The notes beneath the pieces were generated by a model. The model was not told the DNA's origin. It saw only the letters and a list, made by a program, of their open reading frames with translations, and searched no databases. A stretch of 64,000 bases of DNA, taken from assembly GCF_964355755.1 (NCBI RefSeq), contig NC_092679.1, forward strand, positions 21,683,432 to 21,747,431. The letters are read 5' to 3'. Every line of letters starts with the position of its first letter. Position 1 is the stretch's first letter. Below, one piece after another: positions 31,543 through 43,900 of the stretch. The position numbers and the translations under genes are program-made. The DNA is from Antedon mediterranea (Eukaryota; Animalia; Echinodermata).

Positions 31543-34500
31543 CACCCGGCCATCTATTTATAAATATTCTTGTGACTCTAATCTCTGCTGCACATATTTA
31601 TCAGGATAATTGAAATGTAAATTCAACCCTTTCCGGTTTGTGCGGTATTTTTCCCTTGGTGTCCGTCGAAGAACCGCGTTTACATGAGTCATGACGAAGA
31701 AGGGACTCGATCAGTGCCAACACGCTTGTCCCCGCCCATGCTGTTTCCATCATGTCCACACGTCATACGCGCTTGAGGGCCAATCAACGCTCGACTACTA
31801 CGACGGCGTCATTTGACGTGTTTATAGTATGTGCCATAGCAAAAACTGTCAGCGCATCTTGTGATGTGTTCTTTTCAAAACCTACCTTTTGTTGGAATGA
31901 ATTGAAGCATGGAAATAAATGCGTCACGTCTTCTCAAAACAAATTACAACTGAATAATTCCAGATGATATTTTGTAGATAATTCAAAAGGATCTAATTAA
32001 TTATTTTATGCAATTACGTAAACCTAAATCATATGCTCAATTAGATTACGAAATAGTATAATGAAATAACGTAGCCTTCAAAATATGAAAAAGTGAACCT
32101 AGAAAATAGGCCACTTTATAGCTGAACGCGCGCTCTATCAACAACGCCCGCCAAGTCAACCAAGTATCCCGCCTTTGGAAGAGGATACTCGGGTGACCCA
32201 GGCGTTCTAGATTATTTATTTTAAATGAATCTGCTTTAAAGTATTACAGCTATTTGTAAATTTTAACCCAAAAAACTGTAAACCATGGATAAACTATAGT
32301 ATTTATTCTGCGCATGCCCAGTTAAGCTCGTCAATTATATTATCTCTCCAGGCCATGGAAACGTTTCATGGTCTCTTTTGCAAGACCTGTCGCGTCAAAC
32401 CATGGCCACGCGGTGGATCCCGTTTGATTACGCCGCTCCTAGGTGAACGTTTACCTGCAGATGCGTGACGTGTGTGTACAGTATTACTATTAGCGTTATT
32501 ATGACCCGAAGTAGAATATGGCTTTGAATAACAAAATAGAGGAAACTCACAATTAAACTCGAAGTGAATCATGTAAAAGAATGAATACAATAATTGATGC
32601 AATATGCTGCTTGGGACATATTACTTAGCTTAATCAAATTACCTATTGCATAAGATTAAATTCAATACTCGTATATAGATAAATATAAAAATTTGTAAAC
32701 TAACTTATTTTTTATGACGTTATGAAGGAATGAAGTGAAATGAATCAACAATCATATAATCATTTGTGTCTGCATAAAATATTATCATAGGTATGAGACC
32801 TATATTTATACGTTGAGGGAAAAGGCGAACAGACACACCTATTGGACTAAAATCATAATAATATATCACTTTTATTCAATGCAATAACATCTATATGTAA
32901 CATCTTGTGGCCAAAGGCAAAATTGATAGTTAAAAATTACATTAAAATGGTACCTATAAAATTAAACTAATTTCTTATGCTACAGACTAAAATACACAGT
33001 TGTAATGAGAATCATTGCTGGCGTATCATAATTTCACACACATTTCAAATATATTTTGAGAGGAGTAGACTTAACGTCATCGCTGTTAACTACTTCCCTC
33101 TTTAAACTGTATACATCATTATCTTCCCCCATCAGTGATACCGAGGCAGACAATTACGCGGACGTAAATCAATTTTGTGTTTTTCAATTCCTAGCACAAA
33201 TCGCCGACGAATGTTGTTGTTCACGCTGTTTTATAGATTTATTGAAATAGCGTCAATCGTAGAAAACCGCAGCAGCGTAACCAATCAGATACGCGGGCAT
33301 CATCCTTCAAACAAATGGATTGCGCCGTTAGTAGTAGTTTGAGGCGATATATCGTTGTTTTTATTTTTAACCAATCCATTTGCACTGCACTATTTTATCG
33401 GATTATTATCAATCATAAACCTGTACCTTTAGGCGTCGACATCAATCAAAAGAGAATCCCGGTGCCTACGTCACATTACGTCACACTGACAGTGACACGA
33501 CCCCGACAGTGATTTGCCCTACATCACGTAATTGCCTGAAATCATAAATGTATTTCTAGTCCGCTCGAGATTAAATCTTTCATTCGCTTTACATTTTGAC
33601 ATGCAAATCGTGACCAACTTGTCTATATGGCCCAAGGGTAGCTAAAACATGTCCTTTGTGTTGACAGCGCATGTCAGTGTTTAACATTAACGTTAAGCTA
33701 AAGAAATTGTTACGCATACTGCATTGTAATATTTTGAATCTTTATTTTTACGTTATTTTATATTTTTTGTTGTTGTAGGATGCATGCATATAAGAACGTA
33801 TCAGATTTTGTAAATCCACAGTGCGTGGTTTTGTTACATTTTTTGGAATAAAGTTACCTATATATATATATATATAAGTGGTATAGGGACGTGTTTATCA
33901 TAAAATATAGAAGCCAAACACCTTAAGGCACTCCTTAGTCCACGTGATACAGGCGTAACAGCAGTCCCCCTCTTTACTCGCCGAAACATCAGGCTTAATA
34001 CACTGTCCATGCGATAGATAATTTAATAGATCCGTCCCAGAATACAATCGGAAAATCATACGTCAGAGTCCATGTTTTTAACCACGCGCGCTTGCTAAGT
34101 ATCTGATTTTCGTTTCGCTGAAAATGTTCATCTAATTACGATATAGATAACATTACAGGATGACAATGATTAATGATACTGATGACGTACGTTTAATTAA
34201 AAATTCCATATTTGTCATGGGCTGTCTGTAAAGTGTGTGCGTACTCGAAATCTATGATAATAAACGCCTAATGTGAACGTGCGTTTAAAGTGAACTAACT
34301 CGAATTCCAAGACCTGATTATAAAGTCTTGGTGTAGTTTACATTAATCTTGAGGGCTTGATTGTTGAAATAGGAAACATCATTCCAACATGCATAGTTCA
34401 TTACGATGTGTTATCCATCTTGATTGATGACGTCAGTAACATCATCTTGCATAATACTTGAACGAGATGACGAGCTTAATAGGATTACTGGTTTATAGCT

Positions 34501-37500
34501 ATATTTCTAGTATACTGTAGTAATATAAGTAGTAAACAGAGTTGTATAGAAGTGGGGGCATTTTGTGCGGCGTCTCGACTGGGCGGCGATGAAAAAATAT
34601 CTATAGCGACCCTTCACTTGTTGATTTTATATATTGATATTATACGCGACCGATTTCAAAGGCGGCCGATATATTCAAACGCGGCCGATTTATTCAAACA
34701 CGTACGATTCACATTAGGCCTGAAGCAAAAGGAAGCGAATTGATTCGATTTTGTACAACTCTAATTTAGATAATAAGCTAGGTTGAATGTATCGTAATAT
34801 AGACACCATATTATAAGTTCGTTTTCTAATCGTAAATAATAATAATGCTTTAATTATCCAGACTAGATCGGACAGTCCAAACAGTTTGTCCGAAGACTTT
34901 TTCACTTTGAGTGACATTTGACATCAATCGTTTTGCGAATTGCTTCTTTTTTTTTCTGCGTAACAGGATGCTGGTAATTAATATTCATATCATAAATGTC
35001 ATCTTTCCCTTAGATTTGGCCTAGATACTTTACCTCTTTCTGACGAGGTCTTAAATCTGCGTTTTAATATGTTCACATGCGCTCTATTTTATTGAGCCTA
35101 CGTGGAGATTTGTAAATCAGTATATAATATTATCTGATCGAATGATCTGCTAACCTAACATGTGTTTGGAATTTTAGGAAAGAGGACGTCGTTTAGATTT
35201 CATCAGTAATGAATGATATATCGCAATCAAATCACTCTGTTAATAGCTGTGTGGGTGCTTGTCATGCCTAGCTAGCTGAATGATGAAACACTTTTTTAAG
35301 TGTAACCTATCTATCAAATTGAATGATGATTATACCACTATCAGGGAGGAAATGTAAACATCATCCAGGTAATGAATGTCACGGAGGACACGCCCCCAAA
35401 TACCCCATGGTGATGAGGAAATAAAAAAAATGTAAATAATAGTATTAATGTTCACACGTACGGCATAAGGCACCCTTGCGTGTGAACATAGGTAGTGGCG
35501 TTGTTAACGCAACTCACTATACTAGACCATGTCATTCTGTAAATGATTCCCGCAGATCCCTATAGTTGTCCAATAAACGCGCGAGTAGATCACTCTATAT
35601 TTATAAGACTCAAAAAGTTGTTGCATATTAACTTTGTTAAATTACGATAAACCAATCACCTTGTAGCATACCTTTATTAGTTATGCATGAACGACTTCAT
35701 TGTCAAGATTCGTCTATCACTTGTAATGGTACCTTACACTGTTTCTTATATATTCATTCTATACTATACGATATTGTATGCGTATACTATAAGTTAGTGA
35801 TACTTTATATTGCATTTAATTCGTTTAGCGTTATTTTTAGCTCGGGGTAACGCTTAATTTCAGTTTATTCCTGCTGAGAAGCGTTTTTATTAATAAAATA
35901 CCTGATTTACATAAACCACAGAATCCACAGTCTATTCCCATATCCCCTTGCGAGTGTTAGAGTGAGTTTGCATATTTAGCTTCAAACCCAATTACAACAT
36001 TCGTCACGTCAGCAATTTATTTGTTTTTTTTTTTTTTTGCTCGTTTATTTTTTTTTTCATCGATTCAGTCATGACATGCATAATGTTGGAAATTGAACAA
36101 ATATAGTATTAAACGCGTTCATGAAATTTACATTCCCCTGAGGCCAGTGGAGATAGACAGTGCAAGGTCAGTGACGGAAGTGAAAAGCGCTCCTAGAGCG
36201 CCTGTCGATCCGTATCCGAAAGTTAACAAGGCCTGCTCTGCTGAGATAACTAAACATCCCGTAAGCTTACTCTCAGCTAAATCGGATTGACACTAAGTAC
36301 GTGGCCTCCATGACCGATTCATAGCCAGTTGTGTGTATGATACTACAGTATTTGCAATGTAGCCAATTCTTGCTTACTACCATTCACTCCCCAAGCACAT
36401 TTGAGTCGGCGATGAACTTGCAAAATAAAATGTCGTTTCCTGTTTATTTATAGACTTTTATTGGCTTAATATTCATCACGTTTTCTGTTAGTGTATTTTT
36501 CTATATATTGTAGTATAATCTTACTATATTTATACTTTTTATAGCATAGGTATAATAATAAATGCATACAGTAGGCCTATAATACCTTTCCGTTGTGACA
36601 CTCCTACAAGGGGACACTTTCCTGTAAAAGAACGAAAGTCAATATGATGTAACAGTACTACTGTCAGGGAGACCCCTTTTAGGGGGACACCTTGTGGGCT
36701 TAACGAAATTAATAGTGGGGTTCTATGTAGAGCACGCACAATGTCTGGTTTGCAAATGGTTTCGAAAACCCCACAATAGGTTGGGTTGAAACGACACTTT
36801 ACATACGTATAGAGGCAGTAAAGATTGTATTGCCTTTTTGCTTTTTATTGTCATTTTGAATTTAAAAAAAAAACCATAGTAAAACAACGGTGCGTCATTC
36901 AATTTGAATATGTGTTTTTGTTGACCACAAAAGTGCATATCAACACAAAATCAACACAGTAGACCTACTGTAATAAACGCATATCTGTAACTCTTGAAAA
37001 ACATTTTAAAAATTATATAAATGTATTCAGAACATAACTGAAAATTGTAATTGTTTATTTTACATTGAAACCTTTATCGGTGAACAATGCGTTACCCGTA
37101 GCGCCCATTTGTCGTGTAGCGTAAACGCTATCACATAACAACTTTCATTTGAATGTGGGTCATTTGGCGTGATATAGTACGCACTATTAAACGATCGTTT
37201 AATAGTATGTTTCTTCTGTGATATATAACCTTTCATCATTCACCTCATGCCATTATTTGTACCATCACATTCATTATTTGTATAATATATATGACACGCT
37301 AATAGAGTATGACACGCTTTTTTAGCGCTATAGTCAGTCATCGCCAAAGATACATAATCAGTTCAAATAAGGTCAACTCGTGACGTAATCATTTAAATTA
37401 GAGCGATGATTTTATAATCCGTCTGTTGTTTGGCGTTCTATTTATCGATAATTACCTGCTTAAACTGAAATATGTACTAAAATAAACGCACGTCCCACTC

Positions 37501-38508
37501 TAGTAGTATTATTAGGACAAGTTGATTGTTTTTATTGCACTTGTGATATCCTGTTTGTGTTATGCGGTATGGGAACTTCTTGTGGTGGTACGTGTCACAT
37601 ATAATGGTGAAATATGGTGTTGATCTTTTTTTGGTATTTATATGTAAATTCCGATAAAAAGTACATCATGTGTGTCCAAACGGGAATAAAACTAAAGTTA
37701 ATAATCGATGTTTCGATTGTATTGTTATTAATTTATGATTCAGGAGTAAAACCATATTATGTTGGTAATATTTACTTGAATACAATATTTATATATAACT
37801 ATTAATAGGTATGTTAAATTATATTTGTGGTTTGTTTTTTTTTTTGGTTCTTTGTGTTCATACAATACATTCGTGTGACTAGTATAATAATAGAAACACA
37901 ACACTCTTTTACGCTACAAATTCCCCTAAAATATTTGTAAATATCGTGTTTGTCAAGAAATAGCACGCTTCAGTGGCGATGAAAGCAGTTAGTACTTTTG
38001 TAGCGACTGCGCAACGACACTGAGCATACACTGATAAGTCACTGCATGCCGTGACTCAACGCAATATGGTCACGTGTCTTAAAGTGTTTACGTATCCGAT
38101 ATCCGTTTAGCTCTATCGAGGTCAGCTATACATTCCACGACTACACACGTCACGAAATGTATGCAATGTCATCAGTGTGTCCCTATCCGTGACGCATTTC
38201 AAATGCCACTTCTTTCCGCTTGTACAGTATCCGAATGGATTAATCGTCAGTCATCGTACTCGGTACGCAGGCGTAGAACCGACTTGAAGCAGGCGATTGT
38301 CAGGAAGTGTAATATCCACCAATACTCTCTCGGCCACGTATTTCTCGGCTTAAACAGAATAATATCACAATCTGTTTTGAACTTTCGACTGAATTTGGAA
38401 TGAGGCGGAGGTAGTAAGTGCCCTTGTGCGAGTCTAAAAAATCCGTGACAGTTTTGTCTGACTGTTTTATTGTGCTGTCGAACTGTGGCTACAGTAGTAG
38501 TAGAGGTA

Positions 38509-40419
38509 ATGTACACAGCGAGGATGCATCGTCAACATTGTTATCTGTGTGATTTGCCGCGAATGCCATGGGCTATGATACATGATTTCTCTGAACCAGT
38601 CTGTCGCGGTTGTGTGAATTATGAAGGCCCAGATCGTATCGAACCGGTTATTGAAGTGGCTAAGCAGATGAAACGCTCTCATGGATTTTATCAGGAGAGT
38701 AAATGCTTAGGGAAAAACGGACAAACTACGGTGGTGAGTGTACCGTCTAGACCGACAACACTGCATGAAAGTAGTAATGTAAATCATGTTGAACCGTCCC
38801 CTCGTCAGCCACCAACATCTTTGACAGGAGGACCTATACATCTTGACCGGTACCAATTACATGATCACCCTCGATCAAGGACTATCCAGCAAGGACTAAT
38901 ACATGAAATGTCAATGGCACAATCGAGAGTGGTCAGTTCAGGCATGCCGTCCTTTCACGAAGAGAGTCATGAAATGACAACGAGGCGGACACCAACAGGA
39001 GGACCGCCCAATCATCCAGCACCAAATTTAATACGACATCTTCTACCCCCGGGTTTTCCACCTGGGTACCTACCAAGCCACACGGTCGCACCGTCAGCTT
39101 TAATGTCTGTCGCACAATCAGCTAAACGAACCTCGTCAGATAGAGATAGAGAAGAAAAGTTTAGCCCCTCAGAAAACCCAGATCGTATCATAGGACCAGT
39201 TTGTATAGAGGACTTTAGTCACAAGCCACAACCAGTAAGGCAGGCTTTGGCAACTCTTTCAAATTGCACGCCATTCGGTGTTAGATTCAAGAAGGATCAT
39301 TCTTTAAAAGGCCGTGTTTTTGCTTTCGATGCTATCTATAAACAAGGAACCGACTACGAACTAAAACTATATGTTGAATACCCAACAGGGTCTGGAAATA
39401 TATACTCAAGCGCTTCGGGTGTAGCTAAACAAATGTATCATGACTCGCCAAAAGAATATGGCAAATGTATATCTTCTGGATATAAATACTTGGAATATGA
39501 AAAGAAGCATGGGTCTGGTGATTGGCGCTCTATTGGCGATATACTGTCTGAGCCTATACGGTTATTTAAAGAACAAGTAAATGTTGAAATGTTACCTCAA
39601 CCGTATATAGATGCTAGTTGCCCAATGCCGCCGACAATAACGTCGGGGTCGATGATACGGGCAATGCCACCAAAACTGAAAAAGAGGAAAACATCGCCGA
39701 GCCCGGATTCAGAGACTGCTCCACCAAAACATAGCGATGAGTCGCCACGTTTACCATGGATGCCTCAGCCACAAGAGCTGACTAGTTCCAAACGGCCATC
39801 TACAATACCGTTAGGCTCTGTTCCTCCTAGTTCCACCTCTGTATCGCCATTGAGCAATCCAACATCAAGTTCACCCCCGGCATCTGCAAGCTCCTCGCAA
39901 GGAGGACCATCGCCAATGGCGTCGTTGATATCAGTAACAGACAACCTCGTATCAAATACGCCAGCAAGTTCACCCATGAAACCAAGTGTGAGTGCCCCTT
40001 CTTCTCTGCAAGTCGGCACCCCAACCGGCGATAAGAATCCGATATTGGTTTCTCCGAATTCTGGACCTCAACGTCGTGGAATTTACCGAGGACAGGACCC
40101 ATGCATTTCGTCAAATAACAACGGAGTGCCAGACTCGTCTGTGCCACCAAGTGTTCTCCGATGCACCCTGTGTCACGAACGTTTAGAGGACACTCATTTC
40201 GTACAATGCCCGTCTGTGCTTAGTCATAAATTCTGCTTCCCATGTTCTAGGGAAAGCATTAAGAAACAAGGAGCCGGCTCTGAGGTGTATTGTCCAGGAG
40301 GTCAAAAATGTCCACTAGTTGGAACGAAGACTCCGTGGGCATTTATGCAAGGTGAAATCGCGACCATTCTTGGTGAAGCGCCTGTTGTGAAAGTGAAAAG
40401 AGAAAAGGACACTTCTTGA
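38509..40419 (+). CDS. IRF2BPL: Interferon regulatory factor 2-binding protein (IRF2BPL-like), intronless, 636 aa from first ATG
   Basis: N-terminal C4 zinc finger [33 protein letters not shown], central [10 protein letters not shown]...EYPTGSG...[16 protein letters not shown] domain (IRF2BPL/IRF2BP1 type), basic [13 protein letters not shown]-terminal C3HC4 [23 protein letters not shown]...[12 protein letters not shown]. The ORF-track start 38470 is a TTG; the first in-frame ATG is 38509. Probably pro-orthologous to all three vertebrate paralogues. Confidence 0.95.
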   Translation: MYTARMHRQHCYLCDLPRMPWAMIHDFSEPVCRGCVNYEGPDRIEPVIEVAKQMKRSHGFYQESKCLGKNGQTTVVSVPSRPTTLHESSNVNHVEPSPRQPPTSLTGGPIHLDRYQLHDHPRSRTIQQGLIHEMSMAQSRVVSSGMPSFHEESHEMTTRRTPTGGPPNHPAPNLIRHLLPPGFPPGYLPSHTVAPSALMSVAQSAKRTSSDRDREEKFSPSENPDRIIGPVCIEDFSHKPQPVRQALATLSNCTPFGVRFKKDHSLKGRVFAFDAIYKQGTDYELKLYVEYPTGSGNIYSSASGVAKQMYHDSPKEYGKCISSGYKYLEYEKKHGSGDWRSIGDILSEPIRLFKEQVNVEMLPQPYIDASCPMPPTITSGSMIRAMPPKLKKRKTSPSPDSETAPPKHSDESPRLPWMPQPQELTSSKRPSTIPLGSVPPSSTSVSPLSNPTSSSPPASASSSQGGPSPMASLISVTDNLVSNTPASSPMKPSVSAPSSLQVGTPTGDKNPILVSPNSGPQRRGIYRGQDPCISSNNNGVPDSSVPPSVLRCTLCHERLEDTHFVQCPSVLSHKFCFPCSRESIKKQGAGSEVYCPGGQKCPLVGTKTPWAFMQGEIATILGEAPVVKVKREKDTS

Positions 40420-40960
40420 ACATATTGTCATGGACTTGTTTGAAGGTACTGTACATGGTCACGTCCTTTTGGTATCAAAATAACAACAGTACATTTTAAC
40501 ATGGTTTTAAAAAGCTCGTATGTATCATGGATACTATTTGTTGGACACACAACGATTAATTCAAAATGCTTTTAACTGTAATCCTTTTATGTAAAGGAGT
40601 CGTCGATATTGTTACGTAAGCAAGATCTATTGTAAATGAATATAGAAAATGTAAATATTTTTATATATAAAAAATTTCATTGACTTTCAAACGGGATATT
40701 GCAACAACAAAAATAGAAAATTGCGATATATTTCAATGAAATATTTTAAAAATAAAACTGCAGCTTTATAACTACTGTAATCAGTGTATGTATGTATAAA
40801 TTGTATTTTTGCTTTAAATATGAAACTATTTTAACAGACACATTTATGAAATGTTTATGCCTGAAGAGAACGTTCTTTTTGGGAGTTTTTTTTTTAACAC
40901 GGAAATGAATTCCAATTTTTGAATGTATGTAATCGGGTAGTAATTGAATAAATTGTTTAC
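40420..40960 (+). promoter_or_regulatory. IRF2BP AU-rich 3' UTR with Pumilio element and poly(A) signals
   Basis: TGTAAATA (Pumilio consensus UGUAHAUA) at 40650-40657; AATAAA at ~40751 and ~40947. Confidence 0.5.
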
Positions 40961-43900
40961 CGAAGTTGTGTACAAACTACTTCTCATTTTGGTTTTTAAC
41001 AGGAAAGAACCGAAAAACGAATGTAAAATCCGCTTTTAAAAACGGAATTGCCACTTCCCCAATGAACGACTTTTTGCCTTTGTTGTGGCCTAACCGGAAA
41101 ATCTAGGCTTCTGCTTTTCTGACGGCCATGTCTTGAGGCCATGGTAATATTTTTTGGATGTGGGCCAACTTGTGATAAGGAAATCATTATTATAGTCAAT
41201 AACCTTTCACAGAATATAAAAATTATTTTTAGACAAGTACAAAGCATGATGGGATAGAATTCCAGCGGATAAATGACTCATTATTTGACTGATATAGGAC
41301 GTGATGTAGAAGGTCGTTAACAATTGATTTTTCCCTGTCGTTCACACCCTCATGGTCAAAATCATTGTTCTCGTGTTTATTTCCTTTCTACAAAATAATG
41401 AGACCACATGGCAGCATTGTCGCGCCACCCAAGTTATTAATTTTGTAGAAAATACAGTACTACAAATATGTAGGCCTACCTCGCATATAAAGCCTGTTTT
41501 GCATTAGCGAATATATACGCGTAAATCGGACATTCATGAGGCCTGATTTGTTGCGCCTTTTTTCTCGTCAGAAAAAGTAAAATGATAATACGCATGCGCA
41601 GTATTCAACGCTTTTGATTCGCGCGAAAAATCACCGAATGAAAATCAGCCATTTAACGTAATAAATAGCAGCGGCCAAATAACTGTTCGTTTGGTAATAC
41701 AGTAGTTAGGAAATTTGGGCGTATTTTTATATACATACATATTATATACATTTTTTTAGTACTACTGTAGTAGATATGTTTTCTCTTGAAACAAATGAAT
41801 TTGTGGAAAATGACATTCTATTAATAGTATTCATGGTCGTACGTTACGATTTTGTTTTTCCATTTAGTATTATATCGATCGTAATGGATCGGTACTTTTG
41901 TCTAATTATACGCTGTAAAGCTACAAGACAAACAATTAGTTCAGAACATACTGTGGTGAATGTTGAACTTGCATGATACGTTGATAGCTGGCCGCTGTAA
42001 AATATTATGATGACGCACTGGACCGTGACGATCACCTTTAGTTAAAGGAATGCCGCAGGTGATATTTACGTCACGGTTGTAAATAGCCTATGAAAAACAA
42101 ATGACGTAAGCACCGCGAGGAGCCGCGCTTGAACAATGGATTTGTAAGCGACGACCTCCCAGACAGAATACAATTTATGACTGGAAACTAACAGGAAACG
42201 TTCGTGTTGAGTTGGACTAAGCCCAGGGCTTTGTTTAGACTTCCTGGTTTGTCCTACCCTCGATATCGAAACAAAAAAATATACCCACAACTTGTATTCA
42301 ATTACTAAATCTTTGTTGTGCGGCGGTTTACTTGTTGGCGTTACGCTACTAGGTTGATCGTACCGCTTGTATTTCTAGCTAATTGTGCGGCAATTCCACG
42401 TATTTTTCAGTGAGTGTTGGCTATACACTACTAGAAAGTAAAAACATTCGAATTCGCGCTTGACTTACCAACCTAAGGCTAAGCTAAACTGAAACCTCTC
42501 TCATTTCGAATCGAATAAATTTTTTATGAATATCGGAAAATAAATTTCATTATTATTCCTTCCTTAATAAACTCCATATATTGAATGTACAGTAATACTA
42601 TAAGTATATTATTATATTATAATTATCATAATGCATATGTGAATTCAACAGTTTTTGAGTGGGTGAAATTTGAGACATGAATTGATAATAAAATTATATT
42701 AATTTGGATGCGAGAATAGTTTTATATCGGTAACACTCAATCACGTGGGCGGTGCATCCGTGTAAAAATGGAATTTTACTTTTAATCGTTGTAAAATAAA
42801 TAACGGAACAAAACAATCTGCATGTCGAACAGAGGTAAACATAATAACGCGCGTAATCAACTCAGGGGGTGCTGTGTACCAAATCATGAAACCCGTTTAT
42901 CAAACACGTGGGGAAACTACCAGCGCGGAACGGGCGGCTATTCAGTGTGTGCGTTGTTTAACGTGTGTATGTGTTTGACCATGGATTAAAGAATAGAAGG
43001 ATATGCATCGACGTGAGATCAAGGGTTCCTTGACTCTCGCCGACAGACTGCGGACCGCCCACAATGTTACAGTTTAATTAACCGCAGGGTAACAACGAAA
43101 CGGTCGCGTGCCTAATATATTGTTTACTGCACATGTGCAACGACATTTAACCTAGTTGGCTACGCTTCTTTCGCGCGTTCTTTGGTTGCATGATGTTTAT
43201 GGTCAACTATTGACTATGTTGGTTTCTGCCGCGATTGATCTACGCTAATGATTTTTTTATGATGATTAAAGTAGCATTTTATGACCTGTAGTAGCCCTAC
43301 ATCTGAGACAATAACTATTAGTTGTCTCATTTGTTGTAAAATTACAAAATCAGCAAGAATGCTAGCCTAGCTAGGCCTTGTACTAACTAGGCTAAACTGG
43401 GCTAGTAAACCCTATGATTTGCCGACATTGATACTGCCTAGGTAGGCCTAGGCTAATCTTAAATACTCACCGTTGTCTTACTTCTTGTGTGAATAATAAT
43501 AGGTAGGCCTACTTCGTTTGTTCGTGATCAAGTTTGCCCTGCGTGTACTTTTCAAAACGACCGCTAGGTAACGAATCGCAACTATACATAGCCAGCCAAT
43601 CCCGGATCAGGGATCGCTGTTTTCATTCAATTAGGCCCGGTGATTGGATGTGATGTGGATGACATAACCACTAGCCAATCACCAGGCACTACAGTTTAAA
43701 TATAATCACATCGATAATTAAGGAGATTTATGAAGAAACCACTGCTTAGCCATATATTAAAAAACACGATTGTTGTATGTCTGAACACCGGCCACGCTAA
43801 CAACATACATGGTCAAATGCAAAATTTAATATTCTATAGATTAACGCAATTTTTAATGACAGAAGATGGCAGGCAAATAAAGATAATTCAAATATAAAAA

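Noticed and set aside
35448-35489. Hairpin ATGTTCACACGTA...TGCGTGTGAACAT as a pre-miRNA
   Set aside because: The stem is only ~13-16 bp and the whole ~42 nt, too short for a canonical pre-miRNA; no recognised mature sequence.
38933-40186. Antisense and alternative-frame ORFs within IRF2BP
   Set aside because: Shadow ORFs of a Pro/Ser-rich coding region with no recognisable motifs.
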